A DNA stretch of 64,000 nt from an uncultured Chthonomonadaceae bacterium (GTDB taxonomy: Bacteria > Armatimonadota > Chthonomonadetes > Chthonomonadales > Chthonomonadaceae). Under the pieces are notes generated by a model. That model was not told the origin of the DNA and searched no databases. It saw only the letters and a list, made by a program, of their open reading frames with translations. The stretch spans positions 704,001 through 768,000 of the forward strand of contig CAWFQB010000001.1 in NCBI GenBank assembly GCA_963817895.1. The letters run 5' to 3'. Positions 19,653 through 28,688 of this stretch are shown here, piece after piece. The position numbers and the translations under genes were made by a program. The first letter of the stretch is position 1. The number at the start of each line of letters is the position of its first letter.

Positions 19653-19743
19653 TTACTTGGGGCTGTAAATATACCTTTCTGAACATCAGGGCAAAACATG
19701 TTTTGCCCTGACAGCAAGCAATAGACTTACAGCCCCGAAGTAA
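19653..19743. repeat. Nested inverted repeat (long hairpin)
   Basis: Outer arms TTACTTGGGGCTGTAA / TTACAGCCCC-G-AAGTAA enclose a perfect 26-bp palindrome TCAGGGCAAAACATGTTTTGCCCTGA (19686-19711). Confidence 0.85.
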
Positions 19744-19825
19744 GCGCCTCATTCCTTTTTTCTCATAGCGCCAACAACTACAATTCAGAAAAATACAGAA
19801 AAATAGCCAGGCAGCGCAAAAAACA

Positions 19826-20082
19826 TGAAACCTGCGACCAATACATCTGTCTACATAAAACAACTGTCTTTTAATCAGCCAGGTGGCGGGATGTGGAGAG
19901 TTTAAAGTTCCTCTCGACAATCTAACCTGGAAGGGAGGTGCAAGATAATGCCTGTATATACGCGTCCGCCTTAATCCTTACGAGGTCACGACGCCTCTAC
20001 ACACAACCTGACACAACGAGACACTGGGCTGGAAGCGCTGTATTGCCATTATTTCGACGCTGTCTCTACATACTCTTTTTCC
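19826..20082 (+). other. Conserved non-coding element with 8-codon micro-ORF, copy 1
   Basis: ECF-like promoter, SD GAAGGGAGG, ORF MPVYTRPP (19948-19974), hairpins; homologous to 59413..59700. Confidence 0.75.
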
Positions 20083-20193
20083 AACGCGCTCCCCAATCTG
20101 TCGCAACAGCGTTCCTCTGAAAACTGCTCCCAACAGGCTTGGGATCGTGTCCGCAGGTCGCGTGTCATTTCCTGCCGGGAAAGACGCTTATAT

Positions 20194-22976
20194 TTAGAAA
20201 CTTCCTGACAGCGACAATAAAACTCTGCGCCCTTGCTGAAAGCGGGTTCCGCTGAAGCCGGATTGGAAGTTGATGACGGTACGGTCGTCGAAGAGGTTCT
20301 CCACGTCCAGATTCAGGCCGCCCCGGTTGTGGAAGGTTGAGGGGCCGAAACCGGCGTGAAGATTAACCTGTGTGCGGGGCGTTCGCAACGCGCTCGGCGG
20401 CACGACGCTGCTGGCAAGGCCGCTGCCGTGCTGGAGTTCCAGGCCCATCAGCGCGCCGTTGCGCCAGTGGTAGCCGAATCCGAAGCCCAATGTGTTGCGC
20501 TGGTCGTGGTCGTTGTAAGTCGGCACGATTGCGCCCGTGTTGTCCACGCCACTGGGCGCGGCGATGGAATACGTGTAGTTGAGATTGAGCGTCTATGCCC
20601 GAACGGGGCTTGCGATCCTTGCCCAGTCCGGGGACAAGATCGTAGGAGAACTCGATGCCGTGTACCCCCCCGTTCTGGAAGTTGAGCGCGGAATAGATGC
20701 CGATTTGACTGCCCGGTATCAACAATCCGGTATCCACCTGATTGCGAATGTTTTTGATGTAGTACGCGAGTGTCAGCGTCTGATTCGGCGCGAGTTGGCG
20801 CTGTATGCTGATGTCGTACTGATCCAGTGTTTCGGGTTCAATCGGCTGCCCGACAACCGCGCCCTGCGCAAGCGGCGGCGTGTTGAACAGGCGGTTGTAA
20901 CTCAGGCGCAGCGAGGTCAGGCCATCCAGCGTGTAGGAGAAGTTCAGGCGGGGCGAAAGCGTCATGGTGTCAATGATGGGCTGGCCCAAATCCTGCGACT
21001 GCCGATACCAGTCCAGACGCAGGCCGTAGTTGATGGTAAAGCGGCGCGAAGTTTTCCACGTATCCTGCGCATAAGCGGCCCGATACCAGCCGGCGCGATG
21101 CACGTTCAGCGTGGGCGACGTTGCCGGACGTGGGCGCGTATACCGAATTGCCGTTTACATCCTTCACATATACCGGATTGCCCTGATTGTCCTTCACCGG
21201 CGTTCCGCTCGCGTCCAACTGCGGCACGAATCCCCCCATCGGCGCAAGATTGGGCGCGAGGTTCGCCAGTTCGTCCAGCGCGAGACGGCTGCCGGGAACC
21301 AGATTGTACGACTCGTTGCCGTACTGGTCGTCCAGCAGAAACCCGGCCTTGAAGCGGTGCGCGGTTCTGTCCAGTGTCACGGCTCCGGTAAACTGTACAT
21401 GATGCGCGTTGCGTTTGGCGGTCGGGTTGTATTCGATGCTGTTGTCAACGGGCAGATTCATCACGTCCACAAGCGGGTTGTGGTTATTCACGTCCTGCCC
21501 GGAGTGGAGAAATGTCGCGGCAAGTTGGGCAGTATCGCGTGAGGATAGGCGATGCGTGTAGTTGAGAATGGCAAACTCGTTTAATTCGCGCTGCGTGATG
21601 TCCTGGGCGGATTGCTGCGAGGGAAGCGCCATTGTTTGCGCCCCAAGCAGGTTGGCGTTGTAATTGGGATTGGCCGGGTCGGTAACAACATCGGGGCGCG
21701 AGCCGTCGCGGTTGCGCAGTCCTAAAAAGCCAAATCCCTGCCCTGCCGAGGCGAAACTATCCGGCAGGCCCGTCCGGTTATTGATTTGAAGCGTACTTGG
21801 ATTGTTGCTCAGGGTGAGAGTCAGGGTGTCTTTACTGCTCGGCGCGTAGCGAAACTTGCCGAAGTAGCTCTGGTCCGAACCGGCATTGTGCGCGGTCTGA
21901 TTATCGGGCTGCTGCGGCTCGACGGCGTTGCGGGAACGGGTCGCGCCGACATTGAACACGTAACTGGCGCGTTTGCCCAGCGGCCCTTCCCACGTAAAGT
22001 TGCCGTTGGTCGTGTCGTAAGAGCCGCCGTCAAATTCTAAATCCGCATGGGGCTTGCGCGCGCCGGGGAGAGTGGTAATATCCAGAATGGCCGCTGTCTG
22101 CCCGCCGAATTCCGGCGCGTACGCGCCCGTCAGAAACGACAGGCTCTGGATGGTAGACGGCACAATGATGGAACCCTGCCGCCCCGAAAGCGTGTCGGGC
22201 AACTGAACGCCATCTATCACATACGCGATTTCGGCATGTTCGCCCCGGACGTGTTCCTGCCCCGCCGAGTCGGACGTAACGGAGGGCAAGCCCTCAATCA
22301 GTTTGTTGGGGCTGCTGCCCGCGCCCGTTTTTTCTTTAATCTGATTGGCGTTGACCGTAACAGCGGGGGTCGGCTGTTCCCGGCGCAGAAGCGTGGCGCG
22401 AACGATAATAGTAATATCCCGAACGGGAGGCTGCGCCTGTGTACCTGTTTGTGTTTGTTGATTCGGCTGCGCCTGCCCGCCCGCCTGCGTTGCGCCTGCC
22501 GCTGTTGTCGGCGGCTGCGCCTGCGTATGCAGAGTCAGGCTTGAACCCGCCACAAGGGTAATCACCACTTCAACCGGCTTCCCATTGCCTGTTCCGGCTT
22601 TTCCCGCCTGTGAAACTGTACTCCCGTCCGTCGCGCAAATATCCCACGCGGAAACGTCAAAAGTGGCTGTCGGGGCAGGCGTGAACACGCCCGTCAACAA
22701 TCGTTTTGTAATCCGCCTGCCGCTTGTATCCTCAATCGTTACCGACGCGCCCGCTATTGCCCGATGCGTAACCGGGTCCACCACGACGAAGCGCAAGCGG
22801 GGGGTGGCAAAGGATGAAGGATGAAGGATGAAGGATGAATCTTCACTGGCGTGAGCGGAGGCGGCAAAGAAACATACAGGCGCAAACAGCATCAGCGATT
22901 GAACGGCGCGTAGCCCTAACGCCAGTGACTTACGGATAATAATTGGGCTTGCAATGCGCGTAAATTCATCCTTCAT
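20194..22976 (-). CDS. TonB-dependent outer-membrane receptor (frameshifts near 21120 and 20588)
   Basis: Signal peptide, plug motif HVRGEHAEIAYVIDG, barrel motifs INYGLRLD, LSPRLNFSY, NLDVENLFD, terminal LSLSGSF; last gene of the exbB-exbD-tonB operon. Confidence 0.88.
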
Positions 22977-22997
22977 CCTTCATCCTTCATCCTTTGC
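22807..22997. repeat. Perfect 34-bp inverted repeats built from (AAGGATG)4
   Basis: 22807-22840 is the exact reverse complement of 22964-22997. Confidence 0.95.
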
Positions 22998-23003
22998 TAT
23001 CTC

Positions 23004-23861
23004 TCAACTCACCTGAAATTCGATGTGCAGGCGGACGCGGCTTTCAACCGGCTGGCCGTCCCGCGTGGCGGGCTTAAACTTCCATTTGCGGGCCGTGTCG
23101 AGCGCGATTTGATCCAGTTTGTCGTTGCCCGTCGGCTGCATCAGCCGGACACTCGTAGAATTGCCCCCGGCGTCTACCGTGATCTCGACCACAACCGTTT
23201 TGTCCAGCGCCGTACCCCGCAAATCATCCGGCAGGCTCGGCTGCGGCGCGAACGTTTGCGCGGCTTCGGTAAACACAGGCGCGCGCGGGGCAGGCATGGG
23301 TTCGGGCTTCGGCTCCGGTTTGGGTTCCGGCTTTGGCTCGATGACTTTGGCAATTTGCGCGGGCGACTTGGCCGCTTCGGTTTTAGGTTCCGTCTTCGGC
23401 TCGGCCTTTGGTTCAGCTTTGGGTTCCGGTTCGGTTGCTTTCACCGTTGGCTGCGTCACGTCGGCTTTGGGCGTGGGAATCTCGCCCGCTTTGCCTGTCC
23501 CCTGCTCCACGCCGCCACTCGCATCATCCCCGCCCCCACCCGTCGCAAGCGCCAGTTTCGGCTGATTGAGATTAGTTCGGACGGCTGCCCGCTGTTGATG
23601 CGGCGTTGTCGCGTTCGATTTTTTCGCGGTCTGCGCAGCCTTTTGCGGTTTGGCTTTGGCTTCCTTCTTTTGCGCTTCCGGCGGCTTCACCTGTGGCGGC
23701 GGGGGCAGATTGACAATCTTCACCTCGCCCACAATGAACTGCTGCTTGATCTTCTTGAACGCCCCGAAATGCGCCAGAACCGGCAGCAACAGGATGTGCG
23801 CCAGTATGGAGATGCCGATAATCCGCATCAAGAGCGGGTTGCTCTGTCTTCGTCGTCGCAT
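23004..23861 (-). CDS. tonB: Energy transducer TonB
   Basis: N-terminal TM with SxxxH (SILAH), EPK-rich linker, C-terminal LDQIALDTARKWKFKPATRDGQPV. Confidence 0.93.
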   Translation of the reverse strand: MRRRRQSNPLLMRIIGISILAHILLLPVLAHFGAFKKIKQQFIVGEVKIVNLPPPPQVKPPEAQKKEAKAKPQKAAQTAKKSNATTPHQQRAAVRTNLNQPKLALATGGGGDDASGGVEQGTGKAGEIPTPKADVTQPTVKATEPEPKAEPKAEPKTEPKTEAAKSPAQIAKVIEPKPEPKPEPKPEPMPAPRAPVFTEAAQTFAPQPSLPDDLRGTALDKTVVVEITVDAGGNSTSVRLMQPTGNDKLDQIALDTARKWKFKPATRDGQPVESRVRLHIEFQVS

Positions 23862-23979
23862 AAAACCTCCTGCGGAGGTAGGTTGTTAGTTGTCAGGTTG
23901 TTAGTTGTCAGGTAAAAACAGGCCTGTGCGCGAATTTCCTAACAACCTGATAACCTAACAACTAACAACTAACAACCTA
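23850..23979. repeat. Intergenic cassette of inverted (GTTGTTA)n/(TAACAAC)n arrays, copy A
   Basis: Near-duplicate of 24377-24506, including the RBS hairpin and first four codons of the downstream gene. Confidence 0.9.
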
Positions 23980-24387
23980 TTTCTCCGTCGCAAACGCAAA
24001 GCGCAGGATGCCGGTTTTGCGGGCGGCGTCCATTGCGGCGATGACCAGACCATGCTGTACGTGCTGGTCGGCGTTCAGAATAATCAGGTCTTTGTCGTTG
24101 AGATTGAGCGTTTTCAATTCCGCTTCCAGTGTTTCCAGCGTCACCACTTTGGTGTTCAGATAGATGGAATTGTCGGCGCGAATGGTAATCGTGACATTCT
24201 GCGCGGCGTGTTCGCTGCCCGTCGCGGCTTTGGGCAGATTGACCGGAATACCGGACTGCACCACCATCGCCAGCGAAGCGACCATAAAGAAGAACAGCAG
24301 AAACATCATCACGTCAATCATGGGAATGACAATGATTTCCGCCTCTTCCAGCGCTTTGCGCCTGCTGATTTTAACTCGTCGTCGCAT
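23977..24387 (-). CDS. exbD: Biopolymer transporter ExbD
   Basis: PMIDVMMFLLFFFMV, VNLPKA, ILNADQHVQHGLVIAAMD. Confidence 0.95.
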   Translation of the reverse strand: MRRRVKISRRKALEEAEIIVIPMIDVMMFLLFFFMVASLAMVVQSGIPVNLPKAATGSEHAAQNVTITIRADNSIYLNTKVVTLETLEAELKTLNLNDKDLIILNADQHVQHGLVIAAMDAARKTGILRFAFATEK

Positions 24388-24506
24388 AGAACCTCCTGCG
24401 GAGATAGGTTGTTAGGTTGTTAGTTATTAGGTTGTTAGGTAAACGCAAGCAGGCGCCTGAATTTCCTATCTACCTAACAACTAACAACTAACAACCTAAC
24501 AACCTA
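24377..24506. repeat. Intergenic cassette of inverted (GTTGTTA)n/(TAACAAC)n arrays, copy B
   Basis: See copy A. Confidence 0.9.
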
Positions 24507-25130
24507 ATCAATCCTTCCCGTCAGATAGTTGACGAGTTCCGCGCCGTAATACTCCATGTCTTCCACGATCTTGCGGGTCAGGTTGGAGTAGTAGTTGAAA
24601 AAGATGAAGCCGACAACGGCCAGCGTGATTCCGGTTGCGGTAGAAATCAGGGCTTCGGAAATGCCGCCCAAAACGGCTGTCGGATTGCTCAATCCCTGCT
24701 GCGAGGCGGCGCGGAAGGACGAAATCATGCCCGCAATCGTGCCAAGCAGTCCGAGCAGGGGCGCGATGTTGATGATGGTTTTGATGACAGGCAGGTTGGC
24801 TTCCAGTTGGGGCGTTTCGTTGGCGGCCTCCTGCTCCATTGCCATCTCAATCGCGTCGGCGTTGCGATGCGCGTTGCGCAGGCCGCGCGCGAACATGCGT
24901 CCGAGCGGCCCGCCCGTACTCTGGCATAATGCCATCGCTTTGGTATTGTCCGGTTCCGGTCCTGCCGGACGAACAGACTTGATTTCGTCCAGCAATGCGT
25001 CGCCATCTACGGACGCTTTGCGCAACGTAATCGCGCGCTCGACGATTAGCGCAATCATCACAATGGAGCAGAGGATGAGCGGATACATCATCACGCCGCC
25101 ATTGCGGATAAAGGTCAGCACCGAATTCAT
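24504..25130 (-). CDS. exbB: MotA/TolQ/ExbB proton channel
   Basis: GGVMMYPL, APLLGLLGTIAGMISSF, GGISEALISTATG. Confidence 0.95.
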   Translation of the reverse strand: MNSVLTFIRNGGVMMYPLILCSIVMIALIVERAITLRKASVDGDALLDEIKSVRPAGPEPDNTKAMALCQSTGGPLGRMFARGLRNAHRNADAIEMAMEQEAANETPQLEANLPVIKTIINIAPLLGLLGTIAGMISSFRAASQQGLSNPTAVLGGISEALISTATGITLAVVGFIFFNYYSNLTRKIVEDMEYYGAELVNYLTGRID

Positions 25131-25322
25131 AAGGCACTACTTTCTGAAATTATAACAACAAACGGACAATAGACGTTAGGTTCGACGGAACATTCGAGTG
25201 GCAAACGCAGACACGCCTTCACCGCCGGATAATCTCCTGCCGGGGCCGGGATTACGGGGTGATATGCGATTACAGCGCCAAACAAATTGGTTTCTGTCGA
25301 AAAGAGGCAAACGGAGAGTGAA

Positions 25323-25709
25323 TTAAACGATTGGAGGGGCGCGGGAACTGGAGCGAACCGAAAAAGCCCGCGTAACGGGCGTGGAATGGCGAACATAAGC
25401 GCAGGTGAATGTCAGGGGGGCGGCAAAACGCCAGAAGGCGACGACGCGCCCCTGACTGTCGGCCTGCCAGTCGCAAAAGGCGCAGTGAGACGGGGAGGCA
25501 AGCGTTTGCCTGCCGATCTTCGCCTGCGCCTGCTCATGCCCAACGGATGCCTGACGGAAACTATGAACCTCATTGCCGCTGCTATGAATATCACCGGGCG
25601 CGTGGGTATGCGTGACCATGCCGAACGTGCAAAGAAACACATACAGCAGAGCCACAAGAGCGGATTGCGCGCGGGCCGGTATGAAGTTGTGGAGCAGGCG
25701 TTGGCGCAA
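25323..25709 (-). CDS. DUF2946/CruR-like regulatory uORF with CxxC and C-terminal RAPP
   Basis: Hydrophobic segment, HTH/His-rich linker, HCAFCDW, ends SSSRAPPIV*; lies directly upstream of exbB. Confidence 0.8.
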   Translation of the reverse strand: MRQRLLHNFIPARAQSALVALLYVFLCTFGMVTHTHAPGDIHSSGNEVHSFRQASVGHEQAQAKIGRQTLASPSHCAFCDWQADSQGRVVAFWRFAAPLTFTCAYVRHSTPVTRAFSVRSSSRAPPIV

Positions 25710-25763
25710 AGTTAGGGTTTCTTGTGAAAAACAGAAAAGACACTTACCCTATTATATCACAAT

Positions 25764-26690
25764 TTACCGTTCCTTCAGCACGGGAATTTCAAAGCGCGGA
25801 ACGCCGCCGCGTCCGTATTCGCTCACCTGTTCCATGACGATATGCTGAAATTCATCGGCGCGTTCACTGTGCTTCGGGTACAGCGCGATCAGGTCACGGG
25901 CAAACTGCACCTGCGTGGCCTGTTCGCGAATGGTGAACAGCAGGGGAACACAATCCCGCAGCGCGGCGCGCTGCTGCGCTGCATCGCTCAAGTTGTAGCG
26001 GCCCAGCGCGGCAAGGAGGGATTGTTGATACTCCATCACGATCTGCGGGGTGTAGTGGTAGGGATCGGCATGGCGCAGCCAGCGCATGACGCGCCGCCAC
26101 CATCCCACCAGCCGCTTGCGGAATCCGGCTTCGGTAACTTCGCGCCGGGCATTAGCGCGGGTATTAACAACCGCTTCATTGCCGCGCGCGCCATGCAGGA
26201 CGCGGTGAAGTTCCAGCCGCTCCATGACCTGTCCCGCCAGCGTTTGCAGCCGATGAGTTTGAGCCGCGCTGAATTCGCGCGGCGCGTGGTCGAGTACACA
26301 GACAGTGCCGATGGAATAGCCGTCCGGCGTAACAAGCGACGCGCCCGCGTAAAATCGGATATGCGGAGCGTCCGTTACCAGAGGGTTGTCGGCAAAACGG
26401 GGGTCGCGCCGCGCATCCGGCACAATCAGGGGACTGCTTTCAAGAATCGTATGTCCACAAAAAGCGACATCGCGGGGGGTGCTGCGCGTTTCCAGTCCAA
26501 AATGAGATTTGAACCACTGTCGGTTGGTATCCACCAGACTGATGAGGCTCATGGGCATTCGCAATTGCGCGGCGGCGGCGCTCGTCAGGTTGTCGAACGC
26601 GGGTTCTTCGGGGGTATCCAGTATGTGGTAGCGATACAACGCCCGCAGGCGGTCATTCTCGTTTTGGGGCAGGGCGGCGCAAACAGTCAT
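25764..26690 (-). CDS. GAF-domain protein with no recognisable output domain
   Basis: NENDRLRALYRYHILDT, RQWFKS, AFCGHTI, IRFYAGASL, GTVCVLD. Confidence 0.88.
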   Translation of the reverse strand: MTVCAALPQNENDRLRALYRYHILDTPEEPAFDNLTSAAAAQLRMPMSLISLVDTNRQWFKSHFGLETRSTPRDVAFCGHTILESSPLIVPDARRDPRFADNPLVTDAPHIRFYAGASLVTPDGYSIGTVCVLDHAPREFSAAQTHRLQTLAGQVMERLELHRVLHGARGNEAVVNTRANARREVTEAGFRKRLVGWWRRVMRWLRHADPYHYTPQIVMEYQQSLLAALGRYNLSDAAQQRAALRDCVPLLFTIREQATQVQFARDLIALYPKHSERADEFQHIVMEQVSEYGRGGVPRFEIPVLKER

Positions 26691-26865
26691 AGCGACATTC
26701 CTTCAATTCGACTTACGGCTAAATATTAGCCAATGGGGAGAATGGAAATCTGCTTCCATTATACCCGCCCGCGAAGTGAAAAACACTGATAATAAGCCGA
26801 AAGTGATGTGCAAGTATACTGTACTATTCATCAGGATTCGCCTCTCCCCCTTGTGAAAGTGTCGG

Positions 26866-26910
26866 AATTAGCCCCTCTCCCAGAGTTGGGAGAGGGGTTA
26901 GGGTGAGGGC
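26866..26910. repeat. REP-like palindromic element
   Basis: AGCCCCTCTCCCA-GAGT-TGGGAGAGGGGTT-AGGGTGAGGG; 43/45 identical to 61903-61947. Confidence 0.9.
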
Positions 26911-26913
26911 CAT

Positions 26914-27159
26914 TCAGTTGTCCGTATTTTGAGGCGGCGGTTTGGCGGCAGGAACCGCGTCCGGGGGCGGGGGAACAATGCGGTTGTCAGCAGTCACCCA
27001 GACGTTCGGGTCCCACTTGCTCCGGCGCGGCCCGGTATAGTACCCCGCGCCGGGAGTGGTCGTCTGCTGTGACTGCCGGGAGAATATCACCAGCAGAATG
27101 GCGGCAAGGCACAACCCGCCAAGCAAAAGCGCTATCTGTCGAGAACGAGCCATGCTCAT
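26914..27159 (-). CDS. Small single-TM protein (GYYTGP motif)
   Basis: N-terminal TM, Pro-rich tail; third gene of the prepilin operon. Confidence 0.7.
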   Translation of the reverse strand: MSMARSRQIALLLGGLCLAAILLVIFSRQSQQTTTPGAGYYTGPRRSKWDPNVWVTADNRIVPPPPDAVPAAKPPPQNTDN

Positions 27160-27171
27160 ACCCTCATGTCG

Positions 27172-27363
27172 TCACTGTTCGGTGTTGCCTTTTGCCGCGC
27201 CGCCGGGCGGGGGCGTTTTTGCCGCTTTGGGACCGGTGTAGTAACCGGCAGCCGCAGGGGGCGTGTCATCTTTTTTGCCGCAGCCGGAAAGCGCAATGGA
27301 GAACGCGCCGAAGGTCAGGGGCAGCAGCAACAGGGTGGCAAGAGATTTGCGTGTCGTTTTCAT
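27172..27363 (-). CDS. Small lipoprotein (GYYTGP motif)
   Basis: Lipobox LSGC; 63 aa; follows the prepilin gene. Confidence 0.75.
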   Translation of the reverse strand: MKTTRKSLATLLLLPLTFGAFSIALSGCGKKDDTPPAAAGYYTGPKAAKTPPPGGAAKGNTEQ

Positions 27364-27381
27364 GGCGTTCGATCCCCCTGT

Positions 27382-28191
27382 TTAGAAGTCCACCGGGTAG
27401 GTGAAGTAACGCTCATAGTACATGCCATTCTTCACGGCAAGGTAGCGCTCGGCGTTCGCCACAATGCGTTTGGCATGGCCATCAAGAAAGACGAAGTTGC
27501 CGCCGCCCTGGTGCATGGCCGCCGACTCGCATCCGAATGCAATCGTGATGCCGGTGTTAGCCGCTGTCTTCGCCGTGATGCCATCGGCAATCAGAGCGGT
27601 TTCCGCCGGACGCGCAACGGCGGCCAGGAATACAACGACGGTGGAAGCGGCATCACTGATCAGGCCGCCGGGGTATTGCAGAAACGGATCGGACTGTGTG
27701 CCGGAACCTAGCATCGTCGGCATCTGGAAGGCAATGCCGTAATCGGCGTATTGTTCGTAGGGCTTGGGATCGAATGAGGAGTGGAGGCTGCCGGCGTCGC
27801 AGTCCGACTTGTCGGACGCTTCATACACTTTGTCCAGACTCCAGGAGGGGCATTTGAACACGCCGTTGGAACCGTAAAAACCGTTTGTTCCAATGGTGGC
27901 GCCGTTCTTTATATACGGCTGAAGCAGGGCGCACCAGGTTTTCTGGCCGACGGGCCGCGTGTCGCCCGACTTGCTGCTGATGTACCAGGGGACAATGGCC
28001 TCGTCAAAGTCCTGCGCGTACATCAGCATGGACGTGCCGATCTGCTTCTCGTTGGACAGGCAGGAGACAGCGCGGGCTTTTTCGCGCGCCTGAGCAAATA
28101 CGGGGAACAGAATGGCCGCAAGAATAGCAATAATAGCGATAACCACGAGCAGCTCGATGAGGGTAAAACCTCGTCTTTTCAAGGTCAACAT
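27382..28191 (-). CDS. Prepilin-type N-terminal cleavage/methylation protein with H-X9-DG C-terminus (DUF1559-like)
   Basis: [33 protein letters not shown]...[19 protein letters not shown]. Confidence 0.93.
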   Translation of the reverse strand: MLTLKRRGFTLIELLVVIAIIAILAAILFPVFAQAREKARAVSCLSNEKQIGTSMLMYAQDFDEAIVPWYISSKSGDTRPVGQKTWCALLQPYIKNGATIGTNGFYGSNGVFKCPSWSLDKVYEASDKSDCDAGSLHSSFDPKPYEQYADYGIAFQMPTMLGSGTQSDPFLQYPGGLISDAASTVVVFLAAVARPAETALIADGITAKTAANTGITIAFGCESAAMHQGGGNFVFLDGHAKRIVANAERYLAVKNGMYYERYFTYPVDF

Positions 28192-28688
28192 TTCTTCCCT
28201 TCCTATTTTCTTCTCTCCAAAAATGGCAGCGTCACGCGCCGACTGCAAATGAAAAACGACGCGGACATGCAGAGCCATTCCGAAAACAAACACAATGGTT
28301 TCGTTTCCTGTGTAGCGACAATGCAAACCCGCGTCTATGCGTAAGCCCATTATATCAGCAGTTTCGGCGTTTGTAAAGCGGCACAGACGCTAATTAGACC
28401 GGAATGTTATCTTTTTTGTCAAAATTTTCGCCTATTGTGACAAATATACGTCTACAAATAGGCACTAATCCGCTTGATTTTTATCATTTACGCCATTTTA
28501 AACCTGATTTGGGAAACGGGGAGGAAGTTTCGGCGGCGAGTGCAGAATTGCCATTGCAGGATGCGAGGGCGCTTCTTTACCTCTTCGGAACAGTTTCCAC
28601 AGGAAGTTTCACAGGAACGCCACGCCCGTATTTTGCAGCCTCGCAGCAATACAATTGACCAACAATCTATACAGCAAAGGATGAAACA

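Noticed and set aside
19653..20082. Retron msr-msd or integron attC next to the OLD nuclease
   Set aside because: No reverse transcriptase or integron integrase is in the window, and the hairpin lacks RYYYAAC/GTTRRRY ends.
23880..24506. CRISPR array
   Set aside because: Units are 7-8 nt tandem repeats with no 25-45 nt repeat/spacer structure, and no cas genes are present.
28592..28620. parS-like sites (GTTTCCACAGGAAGTTTCACAGGAAC)
   Set aside because: Too many mismatches to TGTTNCACGTGAAACA; at most a short direct repeat.
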